A DNA stretch of 59,644 nt, from positions 1 to 59,644 of the forward strand of contig JANOAV010000024.1 in assembly GCA_031411295.1 (NCBI GenBank), written 5' to 3'. Origin of the DNA: Verrucomicrobiales bacterium (GTDB taxonomy: Bacteria; Verrucomicrobiota; Verrucomicrobiia; Verrucomicrobiales; V1-33). Each line of letters starts with the position of its first letter. Within the stretch, counting starts at the first letter, position 1. The notes below the pieces were generated by a model. That model saw only the letters and a list, made by a program, of their open reading frames with translations, had not been told where the DNA came from and did no database searches. A program made the translations under genes and the position numbers. This document shows positions 41,202-49,838 of this stretch, piece by piece.

Positions 41202-42211
41202 GGCGGCGGTAACGCTGGAAGAATCAGATCCGCAGCCTCCAGTCCTTTCTTCGGCTGGGCTTGCGTCTCAGGGAGGTCAATGCTGGGAATGGGCTCCAGA
41301 TACCCCATCGGCAGGGGGGCACCATTGGGGCCGACGGGCGGCGGCATCGCAGCGATGACTGGAGGCGGCGGGGCGGCAAAGTCGGATGCTTTAGCCGGAC
41401 GAATTTGATCCGCTCCAACCGTAAAAATACGGCCATTCTCCAAGGCAATATCCGACCACGCTTTGCCGCCTTTCTTCAGTGTCACCACCGTGCCTTTGCT
41501 CAAATATTCATCTGCATCCCGAGACTGCGCAGGCCCGAAACGATAAGCCCCCACGTTATCTTCCGTGACGATGTATTTCTTGTCCCAATCCACCGGGCGA
41601 GGTGGCTTGGGGCCGTCGTCATCGCGTTGGCTCTCTCCGCTGGCTTTGCCACCGAAGAGTCGGCTAAAGAAGCCGGGCTGCTTGAGTTCAGGCGCGGCGG
41701 GCGGGGCGGCTGCAGGCTTGGTTTTGGCCATCTGGGGAGGCTCCGCTTTCGCAGGAAGATCAGCAGGCTTGGCGGCATCTTTTTTATGGCCTGACTTGGC
41801 TACCGGTTTCGCTTCTGCCGGGGTTGGACTGGTGCTTTTTTTCTTCAATCCTAACCAGCTCAGGATTCCCTTGGATTCTGGAGCTGGGTCCGTCGTCACG
41901 GGAGGGGCGGCTTTGGCGGGCTTGGTTGCTGGCTTTTCGACCGCTTTGGACACCGGTTTCACGGCGGTTTTAGCGACTGGCTTGACGGCGGCTTTGGTTT
42001 CCGCTGGGGCCGGCTGACTGTCGCGCTTTTTCAATCCCAAAAAGCTGAAAAACCCCTTTGATTCGGGTGCCGGAGCAGGCGTCGCAGCAGGCTTGGCTGG
42101 CTCCAAATATTTGGTTTGCCCCGGGGAGACTTTAGTTTCGGCCGAAGCCATAGCCAAGAGCAAGGAGGTGACGACGAGCGTCGCCCGTGGTGAGTAATTA
42201 GCGGATTTCAT
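41198..42211 (-). CDS. Exported Pro/Ala/Lys-rich protein with C-terminal SH3-like domain
   Basis: Signal peptide, low-complexity linker, YRFGPAQ...LSKGTVVTL..WSDI. Confidence 0.7.
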   Translation of the reverse strand: MKSANYSPRATLVVTSLLLAMASAETKVSPGQTKYLEPAKPAATPAPAPESKGFFSFLGLKKRDSQPAPAETKAAVKPVAKTAVKPVSKAVEKPATKPAKAAPPVTTDPAPESKGILSWLGLKKKSTSPTPAEAKPVAKSGHKKDAAKPADLPAKAEPPQMAKTKPAAAPPAAPELKQPGFFSRLFGGKASGESQRDDDGPKPPRPVDWDKKYIVTEDNVGAYRFGPAQSRDADEYLSKGTVVTLKKGGKAWSDIALENGRIFTVGADQIRPAKASDFAAPPPPVIAAMPPPVGPNGAPLPMGYLEPIPSIDLPETQAQPKKGLEAADLILPALPPP

Positions 42212-42289
42212 GATTGATGGAAGCGTGAGGGGATTTGACCATATCAGAGGCGTGCACGTTCGGCAAGATTGTCTGTCGCGAAAAATGAT

Positions 42290-43522
42290 TTATTTCACTT
42301 GGATGGGGAAATTTGCCGTGCCGGCGTGCCCCTGTCCATCCAGAGCGAACACTTGCACGCGATACTTCCCCGGTTTCGCAGGGGCGGTGATTTCCTCCTC
42401 GGGTGCTTTACCCAGTTTGGAGCTGAGGATTGGCACTGGCTGCTCCCGCCCTTTGGCATCGCGTTTGGCTTCGTCCGGACAGACTTGCCAGCGGAAACTC
42501 AGCGGATCCCCGTCGGCATCGGCCGCGGTCACCCTAACCTTGATAACCTGGCCTGGAGCGATGGTCTGGTTGGCGGCACTGCTGGTGAGGGCGGTCAGAT
42601 TTGGGGCGTAATTTTTCGGAGATTTGCCCGTCCAAATTTCCTGCAGCACATCGGCGGAAGCGACGATTTCACCATCAGGCGTAAAGATGCCGAACCAGGT
42701 GCTGGTGGCCTCCTGCTTCTGGCCCCAGACGAAAACGTAGCTCCCCAGACACTGTTCCCCAGGCGCGATGGCGCTGGCGTAGGCCTTGCGGATCATCTCT
42801 GATTTCTGGGCGCTGGTTTGTTCGTGCGGGGCGCCCCAGGGAGACTTCGCTACTTCCCAGAATCCCTGCGGACCATACTCGGTTACCACAAACGGTCGCG
42901 TCCACCCCATGCGGGCGAGGCCTTTCCGCAGACCGAACAACCCGCCGTAGGTATTGATCCCGACGAAGTCCAGCTTTGGCGCGTGTTGATTAATTCCGTT
43001 GGCTTTGTCAGGACTCAGGCCGGCCACTGCCGTAAAGGTCGGATGCGCAGGATCGATCTCGTGCACCATTTCGGCTAACTTGTTGAGCTGCTTCCAGAGA
43101 TCGGCGTTCTTGCCATCTCCCTCCATCTCGTTCCCCAATCCCCACGCCAGGAGCGCAGGGTGATCTTTGTGCCGGAGGATTACGGCCTTTACACGCTCGA
43201 GTTGCTTGCGGCAATGCTCCGGATTGGCATAGGAAAACCAACTGCACTCGGCCTCCAGCCAGATCCCCGCACTGACGGTTAAATTCAGTTTTTGCGCTGC
43301 TGGCAGGGTTTTTCCCAAATCGTTCTCGCTCCAAGTGCGAAGGGAATTGCCACCACGTTCCGCGAGTTCCTGCAACCGGGTCTCTCCGCCTGCTCCCTTG
43401 ATAAAATAAGGCTTCCCGGCCCGCCGCAACCCCTGGGCGGAATCGATCGTCACGGCCAGTGGAGCAGCCATGGCGGGGGGCAAGAACATGAGGAGCAGGG
43501 GGAAGCAGTTACGGAAGATCAT
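42290..43522 (-). CDS. Clan GH-A TIM-barrel glycoside hydrolase (GH2-like/GH158-like) with C-terminal Ig module
   Basis: FIKGAG, NSLRTW, WGLGNE (acid/base), VTEYG (nucleophile), DADGDPL. Confidence 0.8.
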   Translation of the reverse strand: MIFRNCFPLLLMFLPPAMAAPLAVTIDSAQGLRRAGKPYFIKGAGGETRLQELAERGGNSLRTWSENDLGKTLPAAQKLNLTVSAGIWLEAECSWFSYANPEHCRKQLERVKAVILRHKDHPALLAWGLGNEMEGDGKNADLWKQLNKLAEMVHEIDPAHPTFTAVAGLSPDKANGINQHAPKLDFVGINTYGGLFGLRKGLARMGWTRPFVVTEYGPQGFWEVAKSPWGAPHEQTSAQKSEMIRKAYASAIAPGEQCLGSYVFVWGQKQEATSTWFGIFTPDGEIVASADVLQEIWTGKSPKNYAPNLTALTSSAANQTIAPGQVIKVRVTAADADGDPLSFRWQVCPDEAKRDAKGREQPVPILSSKLGKAPEEEITAPAKPGKYRVQVFALDGQGHAGTANFPIQVK

Positions 43523-43655
43523 GCCGCATCATGCTTGGTCCCAGCAAACTCGCATCTGCTAATTTCGCTCCGTCCACGTGGCTTCTTGGAGGGAGCAGCA
43601 GTCAATTCGTTGCGGCACTTGAATTTCCGCCACCTTTGCCACACCGTCCCAGCCT

Positions 43656-45152
43656 ATGAAATTCCGTCCTCTGCTCTCCCTGCTGATCCTCTGCCTAACC
43701 CCTGCAGTTTCCGCAGCGGTGCGGCCAAACATTGTGTTCATCCTAGCCGATGACCTTGGCTATGGTGATCTCGGTTGCAATGGCCAGAAACTCATCCGCA
43801 CGCCCAACCTGGATAAGCTGGCGCAGGACGGCATGAAAATGAACGTGCATTATTCCGGCAACAACGTCTGTGCGCCATCCCGTTGCGTGCTGATGACTGG
43901 CAAGCATCCCGGCCATGCCTTTATTCGCGATAACGTTCAGGCCAAAGGCTATCCCGAGGGCCAAATGCCAGTGCCAGCAGGCGAATTGCAATTACCCCTA
44001 ACCTTGCAAAAGCTGGGCTACATCAATGGCAGCTTCGGCAAATGGGGACTTGGACCAGTGAATAGTTCGGGCGATCCCCTGGCCCAAGGATTCACGCGAT
44101 TCTATGGTTACAATTGCCAGGCAGTGGCGCACAATTTCTATCCTACCGCCCTGTGGAGTGATCGCACCGCGGTGCCCTTGGATAATCCGAAATTTTCCGC
44201 CCATCAGAAACTTCCCGCAGGCGCTGATCCAAACGCGGCGGAGACTTATGTGAAATTCTCCGGCAAGCAATACGCCCCCGATCTCATTGCGCAAGAGGCG
44301 CTGGCATTCGTGCGCGCCAACCAAGCGAAGCCGTTCTTTCTCTTCTATCCCACCACGGTGCCCCATCTGGCGTTGCAGGTGCCGGATGATTCCCTGGCGG
44401 AATACCAAGGAAAATTCCCCGAGACCCCCTATACCGGGGACCGCGCCTACCTCCCCCACCCCACGCCCCGGGCGGCCTACGCGGCCATGATCACGCGCAT
44501 GGACCGGGAAATCGGCAAGCTTTTGGCCGTGCTGGAGGAATTGAAACTAACAGAAAACACTCTCGTCGTCTTCACCAGCGATAACGGTCCCCTGTATGAG
44601 AAATTGGGCGGCACGGATACTGATTTCTTCAAGAGTGCTGGCGATTTCAAAGGTCGCAAAGGGTCTATGGATGAAGGGGGCGTGCGCGTTCCCTGCCTTG
44701 TGAAATGGCCGGGCCACGTGCCTACCGGAAGCGTTAGTCAGCGGGTCACTGGCTTTGAGGACTGGCTGCCCACCTTGCTGGAATTGATGGGAGAAACCGC
44801 CGCCACGCCCAAGGGAAGCGATGGTGTGAGCTTTGCGCCAACGTTGCTCGGCAAGCCCCAGGACGAACGTGCCTTCCTCTACCGGGAGTCGCCCGGATAT
44901 ACGGGGCAGCAATTTATCCGGGCAGGGAATTGGAAGTTAGTCCGCAAGCACCTGCAGCCTCCCGGCAAGGCCCCAAGACCGAATGCCAAGCCGGGCGATT
45001 TCGAGTTGTATGACTTAGCGCAGGACCCCGCTGAAGCCAGCGATGTGGCCGCAGGCAATGCTGCCGTCGTGGAGCGCTTGCGTAAACTAATGACCGCACA
45101 ACACGCGGATTCAGCAGAATTCCCCATCCGGTTCCTGGATGCGGCCAAGTAA
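43656..45152 (+). CDS. Arylsulfatase (formylglycine-dependent)
   Basis: PNIVFILADDLG, CAPSR, GKWGLG, SDNG, EGGVRVP. Confidence 0.95.
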   Translation: MKFRPLLSLLILCLTPAVSAAVRPNIVFILADDLGYGDLGCNGQKLIRTPNLDKLAQDGMKMNVHYSGNNVCAPSRCVLMTGKHPGHAFIRDNVQAKGYPEGQMPVPAGELQLPLTLQKLGYINGSFGKWGLGPVNSSGDPLAQGFTRFYGYNCQAVAHNFYPTALWSDRTAVPLDNPKFSAHQKLPAGADPNAAETYVKFSGKQYAPDLIAQEALAFVRANQAKPFFLFYPTTVPHLALQVPDDSLAEYQGKFPETPYTGDRAYLPHPTPRAAYAAMITRMDREIGKLLAVLEELKLTENTLVVFTSDNGPLYEKLGGTDTDFFKSAGDFKGRKGSMDEGGVRVPCLVKWPGHVPTGSVSQRVTGFEDWLPTLLELMGETAATPKGSDGVSFAPTLLGKPQDERAFLYRESPGYTGQQFIRAGNWKLVRKHLQPPGKAPRPNAKPGDFELYDLAQDPAEASDVAAGNAAVVERLRKLMTAQHADSAEFPIRFLDAAK

Positions 45153-45239
45153 ACCAGTTCTGCGTCCTCCCGTCAAAGCGTGCCCACATTCCGCCAATGA
45201 GGGACTGTTGAAGTGATGAAAATCGCGTAATCTGACGCC

Positions 45240-47462
45240 ATGATCCAACGAATCGGTTTCTTTCTACTTGGTCTCACCTGCCTTACCGCAGCGGCCGCAG
45301 ATAGCCCTCCTACGCCCTCTCCCTCCTTCCGGTTGGACGTGGAGCCGGTCTTCATGCGCGCCGGCTGCAATACAGGATCCTGCCATGGCTCCGCCCGCGG
45401 CCAGGACGGCTTTCGCTTGTCACTCTTTGGTTTCGATCCGGCGGGCGATTATCATCGCATCACGCGGGAATTTCCCGGCCGTCGCATTGATGTGGTGGAA
45501 CCGGAAAAAAGCCTGATCCTGGAGAAATCCACAGGCGCCGTGACCCATACCGGAGGCGAACTTTTCAAGCGCGGCTCTGCTTATTATAATACCATTCGCG
45601 ACTGGATTGCAGCTGGTGCCAAGGATGATGCCCCCGGCACGCCGACCGTGACGAGCATCAAACTCACTCCGGAAAAAATCAGCGTGCGGCGCAATCCCAA
45701 AGCCCCGCCGACACAGCCCACCAAGGTCACAGCTTTCTACTCTGACGGCACCGAGCGCGACGTCACCAAACTCGCTTTGTTCATGACGAACAACGATTCC
45801 GTTGCCACCATCAGCAAAGAAGGCGTCGCCAAGTCTGGCCATGCGGGCGGAGCCTTCGTTTTCGCGCGATTCAACAAATTTACGATCGGCTCAGAAATGA
45901 TCGTTCTGCCGGAGAATCCAAATTTCACCTGGCCCGAGGAGGCCAAGCCGGTCAACTATGTGGACGATGCGGTCTTTGCCCGTTTGCAGAGACTGCAAAT
46001 CTTGCCTTCCGCATTGGCCGATGATAACACTTTCCTGCGGCGGCTCAGCCTCGACCTTACGGGCTTGCCGCCGGATGCCACCTTAACGGAATCCTTCGTG
46101 ACGGACTCCGATCCTAACAAGCGCACCAAACTCATTGATCAACTGCTGGCCTCTGAAGAATTCACCGATCTCTGGGCGATGAAGTGGGCGGAGATCCTGC
46201 AAGTTCGCGAAAATGGCAATAACCCCGACTACGGACGTTCCAAGAAGGCGGTCTTCAAATATTACCAGTGGCTGCGCAGCCAGATCGCGCTGAATCGGCC
46301 CTTCAACGAAATCGTGCATGATTTGGTCGTTGCCAACGGCAGCAACCTGGCCAACCCACAGGCGAATTTCTACACCACCGCCGTCGGGAATAAGCGCACC
46401 GCCCTGGAGCGGGCCGAAGATGTGGCGCAGCTCTTCCTGGGAGCAAGGATTCAATGCGCCCAATGCCATAACCATCCCTTCGATCGCTGGACGATGGACG
46501 ATTACTATGGTTTTACAGCGTTCTTTACCGGATTGGATAGTAAACGTGGTGCTTCCTCCGCGGAAGTGTTCGTCTTTAATCGCAATGACAAGCACAGCAT
46601 CGATCATCCCGTGGATGGGCGCAGCATGCAGCCACGGTTTCTCGGCGGAGATGCGCCTGATCTGAAAAATGGGGACCCTCGCTCCTCGTTAGCGGATTGG
46701 TTAACCAGCAAAGACAACAAGCGGTTTGCCGAAAGTTTGGCCAATCGGGCTTGGAATCATTTCTTTGGACGTGGCATCGTGGAGCCCGTGGACGATGTGC
46801 GCATCTCCAACCCACCCAGCAATGCCGAACTGCTGAGCACGCTGGCGGAGCGCTTGGTGGCGCATCAATTCGACATTCGGAAACTGGTGCGGGACATTTG
46901 CCAGAGCCGCACCTATCAGCTTTCCAGCACCGTCAACGCCTCCAACGCCAGTGATGATCGCTGCTTCTCCCACAGCGTGGTGCGACGTTTGCAGGCCGAA
47001 GTCCTCCTCGATACCATTGGGAAAGTCACCGGAGCCCCGCAGATCTTCAACGGCAATCCGGCCAATACGCGTGCGGTGCAACTCTTCGGTGGCGGGGCCA
47101 ACCTCGATGGCTTTCTGAAAAATTTCGGTTCCTCCAAACGGGAAACCGTCTGCGCCTGCGAAGTCCGCATGGAACCGACCCTAACCCAAACGCTTGCACT
47201 CATCAATGGCACCGTGCTGGATGCGAGCATCCAGCGTAGTCCAGTGCTGGCTGAAATGAACAAGGCGGAGACTCCGGCCGACCAATCGGTTGAGCAGATC
47301 TTTGTGCGTGCCTTCAGCCGCAAACCCACCGCCACCGAACTCTCCGCCATGCTGGCTGGCGCGGCCGAGATCAACTGGAAGGACAGCATCGCCCGGAGGA
47401 AATACCTCGACGACGTGCTCTGGAGCGTCATCAACACCACAGAGTTCACCTTCAATCACTAG
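45240..47462 (+). CDS. DUF1549/DUF1553 protein with Ig-like segment
   Basis: CNTGSCHG, FLRRLSLDLTG, CAQCHNHPFDRW, FFGRGIVEPVDD, CACE. Confidence 0.9.
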   Translation: MIQRIGFFLLGLTCLTAAAADSPPTPSPSFRLDVEPVFMRAGCNTGSCHGSARGQDGFRLSLFGFDPAGDYHRITREFPGRRIDVVEPEKSLILEKSTGAVTHTGGELFKRGSAYYNTIRDWIAAGAKDDAPGTPTVTSIKLTPEKISVRRNPKAPPTQPTKVTAFYSDGTERDVTKLALFMTNNDSVATISKEGVAKSGHAGGAFVFARFNKFTIGSEMIVLPENPNFTWPEEAKPVNYVDDAVFARLQRLQILPSALADDNTFLRRLSLDLTGLPPDATLTESFVTDSDPNKRTKLIDQLLASEEFTDLWAMKWAEILQVRENGNNPDYGRSKKAVFKYYQWLRSQIALNRPFNEIVHDLVVANGSNLANPQANFYTTAVGNKRTALERAEDVAQLFLGARIQCAQCHNHPFDRWTMDDYYGFTAFFTGLDSKRGASSAEVFVFNRNDKHSIDHPVDGRSMQPRFLGGDAPDLKNGDPRSSLADWLTSKDNKRFAESLANRAWNHFFGRGIVEPVDDVRISNPPSNAELLSTLAERLVAHQFDIRKLVRDICQSRTYQLSSTVNASNASDDRCFSHSVVRRLQAEVLLDTIGKVTGAPQIFNGNPANTRAVQLFGGGANLDGFLKNFGSSKRETVCACEVRMEPTLTQTLALINGTVLDASIQRSPVLAEMNKAETPADQSVEQIFVRAFSRKPTATELSAMLAGAAEINWKDSIARRKYLDDVLWSVINTTEFTFNH

Positions 47463-47467
47463 CAGCT

Positions 47468-48886
47468 ATGCAAAGATCTCTCTTCCTTGGTTTCTCTCTG
47501 CTGCTCAGCGCAGCGGCCCCGGCGGCCCCGAGCTATCAGACCGACATCCTGCCTCGCTTCAAGGATAGTTGCCTTGGTTGCCACAACCCGGATAAGATGA
47601 AGGCGGACCTGGATCTCACGACGCATGCGGGCGTCATGAAAGGCGGCTCGAGTGGCGTGTGCGTCAAGCCAGGTTCGGCTGACTCCAGCCTGCTTTATCG
47701 GGTCGTCGCTCATTTGGAAGAACCGGAAATGCCACCCAAGAAACCACAGTTGGCCACCGCCCATCTCGAAATCATCAAGCAATGGATTACGGGTGGTTGT
47801 ATCGAAGCCGACGGTGGGATGGCTGCCAAATCGCGTGGTCAAGCCCTGGAAGCGCTGCTCCCAACAAAGACCGCAAGCAACGAGCCCGGTCCGATGCCGG
47901 AAAAATTGCCGGAAGCCAAACTTCCCGCGCCGCAAGCCTCCGGCCCTGCCATCGCCATGGCTGCCAGCCCTAACGCCCCCTTGCTGGCCGTGGGCGGACA
48001 TGAACGCATCCTGCTATTTGATACCGCCACGCAGGTGCTCCTGGGCAGTCTGGCGTTCCCGGAACGCACGGTTCACCTCCTCCGCTTCAGCACCAACGGA
48101 CAGGTGCTCCTGGCGGCCGGCGGCCATGGTGCGCACTCTGGAAAGGCCGTCCTCTTCGATGTTAAATCCGGCCGACGTCTCAGTGAAGTCGCCACCGAGT
48201 CCACCGACAGCATTCTCGCAGCGGATGTTTCTCCAGACCTCTCCCAGATTGCTTGCGGCGGCCCCGACAAGTTGGTGAAAATTTATTCCACCAAGGACGG
48301 CAAGTTAGTGCGCAAAGTGAAAAAACACACGGATTGGGTCACCTCCGTGGCGTTCTCTCCGGATGGCGATAAGTTGGCCACGGGCGATCGCAGCGGCGGG
48401 CTGCATTTATGGGCCACGGACACGGGCACCATTCTCTACACTCTGGCCGAGCACCAAGGTCGCATTGCGAGTCTGAGTTGGCGGGCCGATTCCGCCATCC
48501 TGGCCAGTGCCGGGGAGGACGGCAAGATGATTCTGTGGGATACCGCTGAAGGCTGGGCGGCCAAGTCCACCACCCCGCACAACACCCTCAAGGAGAAGCC
48601 CAAAGGCACGGCGTTCAAAGTGCCTGGAGTTACCAGCGTGGACTTTACTCCAGATGGTCGGCTGCTCACGACGGGACGAGACAATGCGGTGCGTCTGTTC
48701 CTCACCAATGGCAATCAGCAGTTAGCCCTAGCCGATCTCAAGGACCTCCCGACCCGTGCCGTCGTGGGCCAGCAGGGCAAGTGGTTCGCCACGGGTGATT
48801 TCGCAGGTGGAGTGAAGCTCTATTTTCTCCCGGCAGCGAATGAGAAAACCACCTCCGAAATCATCGCGTTCTCAACGAAGGGATGA
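47468..48886 (+). CDS. Planctomycete cytochrome c plus WD40-repeat protein
   Basis: CLGCH haem motif, EMPP, HTDWVTSVAFSPDG WD40 repeats. Confidence 0.9.
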   Translation: MQRSLFLGFSLLLSAAAPAAPSYQTDILPRFKDSCLGCHNPDKMKADLDLTTHAGVMKGGSSGVCVKPGSADSSLLYRVVAHLEEPEMPPKKPQLATAHLEIIKQWITGGCIEADGGMAAKSRGQALEALLPTKTASNEPGPMPEKLPEAKLPAPQASGPAIAMAASPNAPLLAVGGHERILLFDTATQVLLGSLAFPERTVHLLRFSTNGQVLLAAGGHGAHSGKAVLFDVKSGRRLSEVATESTDSILAADVSPDLSQIACGGPDKLVKIYSTKDGKLVRKVKKHTDWVTSVAFSPDGDKLATGDRSGGLHLWATDTGTILYTLAEHQGRIASLSWRADSAILASAGEDGKMILWDTAEGWAAKSTTPHNTLKEKPKGTAFKVPGVTSVDFTPDGRLLTTGRDNAVRLFLTNGNQQLALADLKDLPTRAVVGQQGKWFATGDFAGGVKLYFLPAANEKTTSEIIAFSTKG

Positions 48887-48919
48887 TGGCAGCGGGTGGT
48901 TTAAGCCGTTGGGTCATCC

Positions 48920-49834
48920 TTAGACCTGCGAAAACCGCACTACCAAACGCCACCTTCGCAGTTCATAGGGACGGAGCAGGCACAGCGTGTCGTCCGGGTT
49001 GGGCGCGACATCGGAGAGTCGGTCCACCGGAGCATTGGTTGGTTCAATCGCCCAATGGTGCAGACCTTTCCAAGCGCCTCGCGTGATCCAAACCCCGGCA
49101 TAAGGAAACCACGCTGAGGGCCATTCAAGGTTCAGGCGGGCTCCGCTGGCGGACTTGATCTCGGCCGCACCGGAGGCCAGCGGGCCAACGAAAACTTTGG
49201 CTGCTTGATCCGTGCCTGCGGCAAATTCCGCCCGCGCCAAATTGCGGCCAGGTTCTGGTTTCGGCCATGCCATGACGGTGCCGTCAGGCGCTTGGCAGCA
49301 GTTTATGCTGGGGCCGAAACTCATTTCATCACCCGGTTGCCAGGTGAAGAGCGGATGCCAAGCCCATTGGAATGGCGTCGGTTTGGCGGCCAGGTTTGTC
49401 AGCTGATAGTCGAAATACACGGCATTAGCGTGGAGGGAAATGCGACGCTCGAACCCCAGCGGTAAAGCCCGCAGCGTCCATTTGCAAGCCAGCACTCCAG
49501 CCAGCACCAGTGCTGCATCCATTGCTGCTGGCTGATTCCACAATTCACCATGATCCGCCAACGCTTTGCGTTTCACAGTGCAGGGAAGCACGGTTGGCAG
49601 GCATTCGTCAATCCCTGCGCCCGGGCCAGTCACGTAATCGGCAGGATCGGTCGGATGCCACAGCCGACGTTTGGCCGCCGGTTGCCAGCCATCCAACCAC
49701 TCGCGACCCGACACCCGATCCTGCAGCGATACCACCCGACCGCCCAGTTCGGGAGCCACCGCAAGCCGCACGCTTTCATTGGCCAACGTGTGAATCTGGA
49801 AGCCCTGGATGTCCTTGGTGGAGCAGAATGACAT
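48920..49834 (-). CDS. Galactose mutarotase-like (aldose epimerase fold) protein
   Basis: PELGGRVVSL, DECLPT, DHGELW, WAWHP, AIEP. Confidence 0.8.
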   Translation of the reverse strand: MSFCSTKDIQGFQIHTLANESVRLAVAPELGGRVVSLQDRVSGREWLDGWQPAAKRRLWHPTDPADYVTGPGAGIDECLPTVLPCTVKRKALADHGELWNQPAAMDAALVLAGVLACKWTLRALPLGFERRISLHANAVYFDYQLTNLAAKPTPFQWAWHPLFTWQPGDEMSFGPSINCCQAPDGTVMAWPKPEPGRNLARAEFAAGTDQAAKVFVGPLASGAAEIKSASGARLNLEWPSAWFPYAGVWITRGAWKGLHHWAIEPTNAPVDRLSDVAPNPDDTLCLLRPYELRRWRLVVRFSQV

Positions 49835-49838
49835 ACAA

